A stretch of 64,000 nt of DNA, from NCBI GenBank assembly GCA_964035545.1, contig OZ037766.1, positions 14,250,722 to 14,314,721 on the forward strand, given 5' to 3'. The notes below the pieces were generated by a model. It saw only the letters and a list, made by a program, of their open reading frames with translations. It was not told where the DNA came from and searched no databases. Source of the stretch: Bugula neritina. Taxonomy: Eukaryota; Animalia; Bryozoa. Of this stretch, positions 28,463-41,000 are shown piece by piece. How positions within the stretch are numbered: position 1 is the stretch's first letter; each line of letters starts with the position of its first letter. Both the position numbers and the translations under genes were made by a program.

Positions 28463-29026
28463 AATATTATATAGTGTCCATATACTGTATGAATATCAAG
28501 AAAGTATTGAATATGAGCTGTAGGTATTTATTAAATAGTAATGCCACATGATTATATACCGTAAATAAAAAAAGCCATCAGCAATACAGTTTGTAAGAAA
28601 TTTGTTGAAAAACAATGTTTAGTTCGTAGGCTTGCAGATTAACAAAGTAAATTGAAGTTGAAATGAAAAACTGGTATAAAAGTTTGCATGTGTATTTATG
28701 AGTATAAAAATATGTAATTGTTACATAGAATGTTGTGTACCAAACTCAGGACGGGAACACCTGTAAAAAGCTTCAACAAATCAAGTGCATTATTTCACAG
28801 CAACAACAGCACACATGTTATGTCACAAGTACCAAACACAAAACATAGTATGTTTTCAATACACAACCCTTACATAAAAGTACCTCATTGGATCTATTGA
28901 TGTGTTCAAGCTATGAAACCTTATGCACATGTTCTTTAATAAAAAAACAGCGTTGCAGCAAAATATAAAAACTAAGCATAATGTAGTCATAAATCACTTT
29001 GGTCAATACAAACTCTTCGGCATTAT

Positions 29027-32000
29027 CTACTCATGAATCATGATGGCAGCCTCGTCATCATATAGAGGTGGACAAACTTGGAAGTTGTCTTCAGTCAAGT
29101 TGGTAGGGTGTCGACAAATTGGGCAAGATTGGTCTTTGCTCATTATCCATTTACCAATGCACTATAAAACACACAATAAATGCATCATTGTAAAATGTAA
29201 ATTAAATGCATATAAATGACAATACTTTAGGATGGTGTTAGACGGTAGACTAATGCCATTTTGGAAACCTTACTAATTTGGTATAATTACATCACTACCA
29301 AACTTTCAAGATTACACTTTGTTTTTTTTTAATATTTAAAACGTTTCATCAAAATAATGGCTCTTCCCGAACAGACAGAGCTCTGTACATCCTGAGCTAG
29401 CTGCCTACCTTAGCATGGAAAGTATCATGCTCACACTCCAGCGGAAACCGGGGATGTTCTTCAGAAAATTCCAAAGCACAAATTGTGCATTCATCCTGTA
29501 TTAAAGTAATTTAATATATTTATAAGTAATATAATATTTATAAGTAATTACTAATTTGAGCGGGTAGAGCTTCAACTGGTCGAAACATAATGATGACAAA
29601 CTGCTACAATATAGTAACTCTAACTATGCTATTGTTTTCCACACGCCTGCTGTTTGAACATATTTTTTGTTAAATTTTGGTATGCAACAAAAATGCAAAG
29701 TCAATCTCTATTATCTAGAGCAATATTTGAGTAATAAACATATTTAAAAAAATGTTTACTAAAGAAACTTACTTTAAATAACTCGAAGACTTAGGCAGTC
29801 ATTTAAACAGGCTAAAAATCATTACACAAAAACACTAAAACAATAGCACAAAACAAATAAAAGCACTACAAGTTTATTTCTACAATAATCTTTGACAATA
29901 AAACTAATCATATTGAATGTTGGGTGATATGTTAGTCACTTGAGCTGCTGCACAGATTACCTGGTTCCAGTCATCATTCATATCCTCCTCCGCAGGTACT
30001 TCCTGCTGGGAGCCCCAGGCCTTCCAGTCAAACTCCTCCAACTCCCTGAGAATCAGACTACTATTAGAGTGGTTGGACTGTATTGATGTCTCACTCACAG
30101 TCCGTACTCTTTCCAGTTGGCAGAGGGAGGTGAAAGACAACTCCGAGTCATTTGAACAATTTGATGCTTCGCTGATAGTACGGAGGCGGTTAGGAATAGT
30201 TGGTGTTCCCTCATTTTTTGATACTGCTGCAGTTTTAGGTTTTTTCTTAGCTTTCTTTTTGGTAGATGCCTTTAATTCTGATTTTGCATGAGCATACACA
30301 CACTAAAATACAACAATTGATTTATGAAACTCACAAAAAGTTATAATTTTCATTAAAACTTTGAAGCCAAGCAGCTAAAAAGCTAAACTGAATTTCAAAA
30401 ACAATTTAATTGTGCAACTAGTTAAAATTTAGTCAGTGAAATCTGAAGATTGCACCATGAGTCATCACTATATAAGTGCTTGCAGTTAGGACTACAGCTA
30501 TTTTGCAACAGCTGATCAACTCAGCCAATAATGTGAGAGTTTTATATACTGCAAGCAAGAGAAACCGCTGCGTCAATTTCAAATACAGTTCAACATATTG
30601 ACAAATAGTTTTCAAATTAAGAAAACTCTTTAATTGTAATGTTATTAGTAAAACACGCATTCAATTACAAACCTCAGAATCTTTTAAATTACATTTCCCC
30701 TTCATGTTAGGTCGGCACATCTCAAGTTTAGGCAATGGTTTGAGATCAGACTGGCCGTGAGCGTAAGAACATTGAGCCTTGGTGTTGGAACAACGTCCTG
30801 ACTGCCACAGCTTGCAGATTACGGTCTTTTTTCTCAAATGTTGAATGCGCCAAAAGCAGTAATGATTGTCACATGGTTCAGGGTGAGGTGGATTGCTTTT
30901 CTACATACGTTATTATCATAATATTATATACCATAATATTATATACCATAATATGTATTTTTCTAGATAATAAACAGCCTATCATAGTAGTAAGTGAATG
31001 AAATGAGTTTTTTAATCACCAATCCTTTCAACCAATAAAACAGAAACCAATTGTGTAAAGACATCGTAACAATACCTTAGGCGCCGTCTTTACTGGACCA
31101 TCATCTTTTTTAAACCACTTTGGAAGTGGTCGCAGTTCTTTTTTCCCATGAGCAAATATGCATTCATCACCCCATGGGCAAACTTTCTTGTTCATATAAT
31201 CCCAGCAAAGGCCTGTCTTATTCAAGGAACTCGACTTAGGCAACTTTCTCTCCTATAATTGAGTTTAACCTGACATTCAAATCTAACTGATGTGTACTTG
31301 AAAGATTGAATTAAAATGGAGATTACTTTGAAAAAAAGCTGAAAAAGTAACAACTTCTCTGGAATCAAACCAACGAAAGCGACCAATAATTCAGTCAGAT
31401 TAGCCTAGTTGACAAGTTGTTCTAAAAAATTAATAAGGTAGCAAAACTATATTCTATAATTATAAACACAACATTTCTTTCAATGTAGGCAAATTTCAAT
31501 ACATAACACAGTTACAATGATCTACTGTTAAGAATGCTATATAAATTTTACCTTAGTAGAGTAAACAGCAGTTTCATTTTTAGCACTCTGAACAGGAGTG
31601 CATTGTTTAGGCTGAGATGATACTACACTCGCAAATGAAAGTGACTTCTGCACTTTGGCCGTTGTCAGCTCTTTATCACACTCCACCACTTGGGGGACAA
31701 CTTGCTCAGTGACTGCAACACAACGTATAGGAAAGTTCTATAAAACACAAGAACTACATAAATTCAATACAATATCAAGATGCAAAAGAAACTTAAAAAT
31801 ATTGGTAACTACAACAAAGTTTTATTTTATGGTAGTGATGATCCAGATTAAAAAAGATACAATGCAATATCAAAGATGCTTCAGCATTCTGTTGTATAAT
31901 ATTATAGTGCATCATAAAAAATATATATAAAATTCAAATTTAAAAGAATAACAAAAAAATATAATAAGGAAAAAAACTGTATTTCTGGACTGTATACAGT

Positions 32001-35000
32001 TTTCAATTTATGATTTGAGTTGCAAATTATTTCTCTCAGAATGACACAAATCAAGTTAACTGAAATCATCAACGTAGCTTTATCATTTCAACCAGCCAAG
32101 TTATATGCGAACACAACATCATGAGCTAAATACTGACCATCATCACTTTCCTTCCAGCCGAAAGACAGCTGACCAATCAACTCTTGCTCAGTCACACCAA
32201 TATTCCTCCCATCAGTAAACTCTACAGGCACTACGAAAATAAGAAGTTATATATATATAACAACACGTCAGCCTACTTATGTGGCAGACATTTAAGCTCA
32301 ACTTGTGTGGCGTTTTCACTATCATTATATATACCACTTCAAGTGGTATTATATATAATTAAATAAGGCATGTGTAACGTTGAAAAGCCGGGAAAATAAA
32401 ATTGTTGTTTACAAGTTTAAATTAACAATTACCAGACTCAGCTGATGGACCACTCCTAGTTATCTGTGGATCTTCATGTCTACTTCCATCCAAGCCAACA
32501 TTTTGCACTGCAACATTTGGAGTTGCCACCTCTTTTACAATTGGTGTCATCATTTCCTCCAAAGAGTTGACATTCGTATCAGCAGAAGTTGAGGTGTTGA
32601 CATTGGGCTGCAGAACTAAGTTCTCAAAGGTGCTGGTGATTTCTCCTTCCACATTCTTGCACATTGAAGGTGGAATAAGGTTGCTAAAAAAACTGCTGTC
32701 ACAGGATATTGCAGTTCCACCAGCGTGTTCAGGTGGTAAGTCTCCGCCAGCAACTACGGCTTGTAATATAGCCGCATCATCATAAGCAATGTTGGACTGT
32801 TGAGAGAAACTTGAAGGTTGAGGAAAAGCAAACAAGTTGGTATCAGTGAACGCGTCAAAGGTACTGGATCTGTCTGTACAGATACCACTGGTAGCAAAAG
32901 AGCTATCAAGAAAATCTGCTCTATCTGGTTTCCATATTTCAGAAAGATATGGGAACTTCATATCCACGGAAACATCAGGCTCCGGCAAAACGGTGTCCAA
33001 ACAAGCATTCTGTGCCACTATTCCAGAATCTACAGCCCAGAAATGTAAAAACAGATATGAAAGTGACACATAAACCAGTATAGATATAATACCAAAATCA
33101 CCCAAGCATATCAGCATGTTAAATACCAGGAACTTTCAAGATACCATATCTTGCCTATAAGATATGATTGTATTAGCAAATTTTAAGTTACAACAAGTGA
33201 TATGCTGTTGCAGGTCATTTACATCTAAATACACTACCTTCAGAACTGTAGCTGAATTCACTGTTGTTATAAACCCGACTCTTTGTTTTAGCTACAGGCT
33301 TTGAGTATTTCTCTATAAACTCAGTCACGTGATCCATTGTAATGCATGGATTCACAGAAGGCAAGTTTGACATGGACTCCCCATTTTCTAATCGCTTCAA
33401 GTTTTCTCGAAAAGTCTCCTTTAACAAATAAATAATTATGCTTTATGGTAAGTGAAATTTTACAAACTTAATATTTTCCTGATAGCAACAGTTTGACTAA
33501 AATTTTCAATTGCTAAGAATATCACTTTTATAGATGAAATATTTTATAGATAAGAACTTGGATTGGTATATAAGAACAAAACTTGCCAAACTAAAGACTT
33601 CAACTGTATTCCATACTGTAACTTTCAACTAGTACTTACCAACCATAAAATTATCTTCTCAAAGGAAAACCACTACTCAAAGCTATTTGGGTGCCACATA
33701 ATGCTCAGCTGTAAGACTGGCTGTATTTTCATTTTTTGTGTTCTGTTTAGTTTTGTCAGTATCGTTGATACTTTGTATTTTAGTAGTAATTATATATAAA
33801 TATATTATATAAATATTTTATATAAATGTGTTCGTTTATGTTTATAGGTTTACAGATATATATATATATATATATAATCACACATCGGCCAACTTATGTG
33901 GCAGATATTTAAGCCCAACTTGTGTGGCGCTTTCACTATCACTATATATACCAACTCAAGTGGCGATATATATAAATATGTAATGCCACTCAGTGGTGAT
34001 GAAATATAGATAACGATAAACAACAAAATATGAAAAGACAACTCCAAGAAAATCACATGCTACTTGACAAATATCTGTCATTGAACACTACTGTTGAGTT
34101 AAAAACTTGGCATCAATGAAAATTTTGATTTTCTCTAACATCTATGGTATTGATTGTATTAAAAAAATCTGTGCTGTTTATTTAGCTATCATATACCTAC
34201 AATAATTTGGGCAAAGTAAGATAAAACTAATTTCTGAACTAGTTATTTTCTAAAGTCTGTCTTTCCATAAAATAATGTTTGGATAGATGGCACCACTATA
34301 TAGGGATTATTAAAAAAAGCCAGATATGCACTTATATTTACCGGATGCTAAATAATTTGCTTCAAGAACTTATTTTTGAAGTTTTACTAGCTATCCCTTT
34401 CATTAAATCAACTGTATAGGTGCAGTATTTTGCAGATTTTTGAAAGTCTGCCTCAGTGATTCTTTGAACAATCCTAGATGACAATTTGACAGCACTATTT
34501 GTAATCAATCATCTAGGAACACCATTGCTTTAAACTAATTTTAAAAATATTAGCACATTTTCTGCTCTTTATCTTAATGCATCAAATGAGAACAAAATCT
34601 TCTACTAAATTTTTTTTTCATTGCTGATATTATTTGAAGCACCAATGCACAATAAGCTGGTATGTTTTTAATGTTTATTTCAGATTAATTATAGTATTCT
34701 ACTTGAATTTACATAACAAAGAGAATTTTAATATACAATAGCATTAAACTAATTTAAATACATTTTTCACAAACATATATAAAAAGAGACTTTGAACTGT
34801 GATTCTTTGCTATAGTGCACAAACAACAGTCAGCTAGTACACCTTCTAGAAAGACTCTAGAAAGACTAACCCAACTTTTCAGTAATATATTATATTGAGT
34901 TAAAGCTGAATGTAAAGCTACTATATGCTCTTTTTTCTCAAACCCATATCTGAGTTCTTTTTATTTTGAAATGCTTTACAGAGCACAAATAAGAGCAACC

Positions 35001-38000
35001 CCTAACTATATATTTCACATGCAGTGGCTAATATTTAAAATAGTGCTTCTCAAAAAACCTAAAGCTATATATGCTAAAAGCACAATTTGAAAACCATTTT
35101 TCTATCTTTTTATAAGCTATTGAAACTTTGTTTGGGCTAGAAAGCGTGTTGTTACTCTAAAAGTTACTTTTTAATTGCAATAGCTTTGTATGAAATATAT
35201 TAGCAAGCTTCTGAATATGCCTTGAATTTTTTTTAATTTTCAACTGTAATTTTTATAGATTTAATGTTAACAAGTGGTACATAATATACAAGCTTTTTCA
35301 AAACTCACTCCCAACTCTTAGCAATTGGGCATTTTGCTTGCATGAACAGACGTTTCAGAACTTGTCTTTGTTGCTGTTTTTATGTACTTTTTATTTAATT
35401 TTACAGGACATAATGGGGCTCATTTGTTAAACTATATAAGTCATCACTGGTAAACTACATTTTCTTACTGGCTTTACCTAGCATAAATATTATATTGATA
35501 ATTTAAATATTGGCACTCAACAATTTGTAAGCTAGTATAGCAGTTTATTCACAATCTTACAATATAGGCAGCTGGTTTATCTTTCTTTTTGTCCTGATTC
35601 TATAGAGACAAATTAACATAATATCTATATGACAAGGACCAGATTTGTTCCTAATTTTTTTGTTTGAGGATCAGTATACTACTATCACTATGCTATAGCC
35701 TTGTAAACTGAGGCAAGTAGATAACTTTCCTTCTACAATGTTTAAGACATCTTCCATTGAAATACAGAAAGTTAATGCATGCTTTATAAACATCAGCAAG
35801 ACTTTTCTAGTATTTTAGTAATACTTATATTATTAAACTTTTCTTGCAATTGTTTTCCCAACATCTATTGTGCGTAACACAATGCTACTTTAAATCTTAA
35901 TTAAACAACTTAGCTATGTAATTACAGGTTATTAACTAAAGCTTGCCAATTTTCACAAAAGCTAGACTTCAGAATAAGCAATTTTGGCTTGCTTTGTTGA
36001 TAGCCTACCGTAACAGAGAGCAATCCAGTAAGTTGGGTATGGGGTAAATGTTTCAATTTGTTTTAAGTTTCATAAAAAGCTCTTTCAGTAGCTCTTTTCA
36101 CAAATTGATAAAAAACAATATTGCGGATTATTGGAGTAGAGATACAAACTGAACAACAATCATTAAACGTGTTTTTTCATTGAGCAAATTTTAAAATTGG
36201 TTTATCTTGTAAAAGCAAAATATAACTGGTAGTCATCAAAATGCAATTTAAATATTATGTTTGCAAGCCAGAGTATGACAAGTAGGGCAACCCTGACTAT
36301 TAACAGGTTACAATTGCTAGATGGCGAGAATGAAGTTCTTCATTTCTAAAGCCTTGGCCCTAAAGTAAATAGAACAGCCTACAAATTAGTAACTTTAGTT
36401 GTTGACTGACTAAACAATAATTAAGTAACTGAATAAATAAAAATTATCCAGTCATATTTCAATGGGCTAACTTTTGCAACCGAATAAGCACTGTTACACT
36501 GGAGGAAAACTTCAAGTGAAACCATTAACATCAATATAGCAGTTGTTTTTCACCACTAAAATAATGAGTTCAACTAAAAAAGCTTCTTTGATATAAAATA
36601 CAAAATCATACAACTTTCCATGGCTTATTCAATACTTTAGCAATGATCAATTTTACAAAAACTGGCTTGCTCTATGTTTTCTTATACAACTACAGCTGAA
36701 CGGTAACAGTGAACAGTTTTACAAAATGCAATTTATCATCTTTGAAAAGATTTCTTGCTGGTATGCAGTTCCAGCAGATTGAAGAGATTTGGTCAAAGTT
36801 TATATTAGTTCAGTATATTGAATACTGGGGGATTGTCAGAAAACTTACTACTAACTTAATTTCCTATGTTGTACTTATTGTTCCCCTTTTGTGTATCTCA
36901 AGGTTGGAGCCTACTATTAACCCTTTCATGAAACTCATTACTTCTAAAATTACATAATTTGTCAGCTGTTGGGGTTTTCTACAAGCTTTTAGTAGATAAT
37001 TAAGTTGCTTAACCCTGTTGGTTTTAGGCTAAGAGAGGCAATGGTAGAAAAGTTGAGTTGAACATTCTCCTTTTACTTTCAAATCACAAACTTACTTTAG
37101 GTGTTTATACACATAAAGTATTCAAGCATTTGATGAGATTTGGTGGTCAAAAACTTAAACTACTTTTGCTGATACAGAATATTTTATTTTTTGAGTTTTC
37201 AGTGTAACAGGTTAGCTGGTTGATTATTACTGCATGCTTTATAATCACTAGTATTGGCTAATTCTAAACTAAATGGTCAAGTCTTCAAAATATGAAAAAA
37301 AAGTTTAAGCAACTGCAATGAAGATACTGGTAGACGAATTAAAGACGTCCACCCCTTGTTTTAAGTTACCATAATTCCTGGCCTAATGTACCATGATGTG
37401 ACTTTATCGTTAAATTCTAATTCTTAAATTCTCATGTTGGCTGCAATTTAGTTAGGATAAGAGCAAATTCACAGTTTAGCTATCATAATAATTATCAAAT
37501 AGCTACAATGTTAGTATTCATGTCTAATTTTTAGTTAAATTATTTTATTTGGAAACATTCTGCAGTCAGGTAGCATATTTGCTATTTTACTCAGTTTTTT
37601 CCAGAGTTTCTAATAATTTCAAACACATGCAACAAAATATTCTCAGCAAAATGTTTGCCTATTTTACGAATGCAGCTATACATAATATTTATAAAAAATA
37701 TTTATTTCCCAATGATTTTAAATAACTGCATCCAGTAGGGAGTTGTATAAGTATATACTAAGTAGAAAATATTGATTGGCATCTTTTGGAATTACACTGA
37801 ATTGTTAGTCTTATATACGAAGAACCAGTGTAGCATTGGTACTACATGCCTTTTTTAAACCCTAAAACTAGTCGCTGCTTTGAAAATTTCTCAAGTAAAA
37901 TAATGCAGTTGGAAATATATTGTTCAAGCAATGGGTGACTATCAAAATCTAAACTTCATGCTAGTCATATAATTTGACTAGTATACCCAACAAGAGTAGA

Positions 38001-41000
38001 GTAAGGCATGTATAGCAAAGTTTTCAACTTCAATTTTTACCAACTCTGATCATCATTTCTTGTGATTTCCATTAGATATATTGTGAATAAAGCTTGATGT
38101 ATTATATCTGCTACAGGGTTTAATATTTAGTAACACAAGCAAGCTGCAAGCATTTCATAATATTATCTCCTATTTTAAAGTTTATGTTGTAGTGACAGAA
38201 GACTGAAAGTTCAGCTATTATACTCAGTCAGTTGAAAAAGGTTTCTCACAATTATTATAAACTCTTGTACTGAAACAACACTAAACCCAGAAAAATTGAA
38301 CAGCCTAAAGATTTTGCTTTATTGTACAGTATTTGAGGGTAAAGTTTTTCAAAATATTTGCTGCACTGCAGAATTTATAAATAGGAAAGTGCTTTTGAAG
38401 TTACAGTCAAATAGGCTAATTCTAGGATCTTTGTATGAAGTTCAAACTAAAGTACCCCTCTTGGCAGCCATTTTCTAAGAAATTTAAAACCCCTAAGTTT
38501 CCTCATTAAAAATTATTATGAAGATCAAAAGAAACTCAACCCAAAACCAGCTATTACCCTTTGTATAATTATAGAGATGTGTTCTGCCTTTGGACCTTAG
38601 TAGAAGTAACTTGCAAGAACAGATAATTTTCTCTGTTACTAGCAGTATATAAATAAGAGATGTTGTCAAACTTGCGATTCTACCACTGGAAAGTTACAGT
38701 TCAGCTAGGTGATGCTTGCTGAGAAACCGCAGTACTTTTAAATACTATAACTAAATACTATATTGTTAGAAAAATGCTTGTTTCTACCAAAAACAATAAT
38801 AAAAAGTTGAGCAGAAAGTTGGAGAGAACAAAAGGTATGTATCTTCTTAAGTAGAATGCTATTTAATATTAATGCAGTTTCAACTGTTATTAATGGACAG
38901 TCAATTTTATGAGAACATAGAAAATTAATTTTCTTCATGTAAAAACGTAGCCTACTAAAAACATGAACGTCTATTTAAAATAATTTTATCATCAAACTGC
39001 ATAATTTAATTATAGTTTTAGTATCAAACATTTGAATTGCAGTTTTAATTTTGACAACAGGAGAAATAAAGCTATTGGATAATGAAAGTGACAATGAAGG
39101 TATAGAGAAATTATACATGAGGAGAAATCTTCAGGTGTATATCATCAAGCAATACAGACACTGTGTAGCAGTTGTGTTCTGCGGTTCTATAAACTCAGAC
39201 AGTGTATGTAAATGTTTTATATAGTACTGCAAATGATGCCGAAAAGATATTTATATCAGCTGCTTAAAAATTAGGCTGCCTCAAATTCAGACCCACATAC
39301 TTCTATAATAGCTTCAAAATATAAATGCTAGTATTACAACATACTGCTTAATTTTATATTGCTTTAAAGTGAATTCATTTCTATTACTTAAAAAAAGTAG
39401 ATGTAAGTAAATAGATAGTATACCTAAGCATATTATGCTCTGCAATTAATCTTTTGTGGTTGTGAGTTTACCATAAACTATTATTAAGTTTTTACTTGTT
39501 TTCAGCAAACAATGATAGAGAGCAAAGAGTGGTCAAAATAAAATGTGAGTATCTGTTACGAAAAGCCTACCTTGGCTTTTCATCTCAGACATTTGTGGTA
39601 TAATTTAGACAACATTGCATAATAGATCTAAAGAGTTTAAAAGTGTAAAAAAATTATGTATAAAAAGATTTAATGGTGGTTTTATATTGTATGAATTGTT
39701 AAAATAATTTTAATTTAAAAATAATAAGTTTAAATAAAATTGAGGACTCAGGACTTTTATTAGTGAAATGTTTGATAAGGAACTTTCATGATTTGAGTTA
39801 ATGTATCATTGCAGCAAGGTGGCTAATTGAGGAGTAGCAAGCTTTTAAAAAGCTCTTTACTGGGAAAATATTTTCATTAAAGAGCAGCTTGATGAGCTTG
39901 TGAAATGCATTCCCACAAGGACCAAGCAGCAAATATGAAAAAAATGTAAAAATATGCTATCGGAGAAAGCAGAAGTATCTCAACTAGTTGCTTATGTTTT
40001 CAGTATCTTTTGTTGTAACTAGTTTTTGAAGTAGCATTTTAGCACCTTATGAAACTGTCAATTTTTCCTATGATAAGTTGAGTTGACCAATAAAACTGTT
40101 CTTGTTTGGCTTGACTCTGCATATGATGTTGTATACACCACCTAAGTTTATGGAACCACATAAGTGGGTATTATGTGCACAAATGCCACACAAGTTGGGT
40201 ACTATTTAAATAAAGTGCTTAGACAATTTTGAATAAATCATTTTTAATAAGAATATTTTGAATAAATAATGTTGTTTAGCTACTATCAATGTATTTACCT
40301 ACTAATTATACTGGTTTTATTCAGAAATGGCTGGATATCACAGTAGTATTAACTTAGGTGGCGCTATAAACACCACCTAAGTTTATGCAGCCACATAAGT
40401 GGGTATTATGTGCACAAATGCCACACAAGTTGGGTACTATTTAAATAAAGTGCTTAGAAAATTTTAAATAAATCATTTTTAATAAGAATATTTAGAATAA
40501 ATAATGTTGTTTAGCTACTATCAATGTATTTACCTACTAATTATACTGGTTTTATTCAGAAATGGCTGGATATCACAGTAGTATTAACTTAGGTGGCGCT
40601 ATAAACACCACCTAAGTTTATGCAGCCACATAAGTGGGTATTATGTGCACAAGTGCCACACAAGTTGGGTACTATTTAAATAAAGTGCTTAGACTATCTT
40701 TAATAAATCGTTTTAATAAGAATATTTAGAATAAATAGTGTTGTTTAGCTACTATCAATGTATTTACCTACTAATTATACTGGTTTTATTTAGAAATGGC
40801 TGGATATCACAGTAGTATTAACTTAGGTGGCGCTATAAACACCACCTAAGTTTATGCACCCACATAAGTGGGTATTATGTGCACAAGTGCCACACAAGTT
40901 CGGTACTATCTAAATAAAGTGATTTGATTATTTTTAATAGATCATTTTTTACGATAATTTTTTTAAATAAATAATGTTACTGTTTACCTACTGATAATGT

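Noticed and set aside
34100-37800. Specific identity for decayed coding-like DNA in the element, such as a Ulp1 protease
   Set aside because: Hand translation gave only short stop-riddled pieces with no motif I could support.
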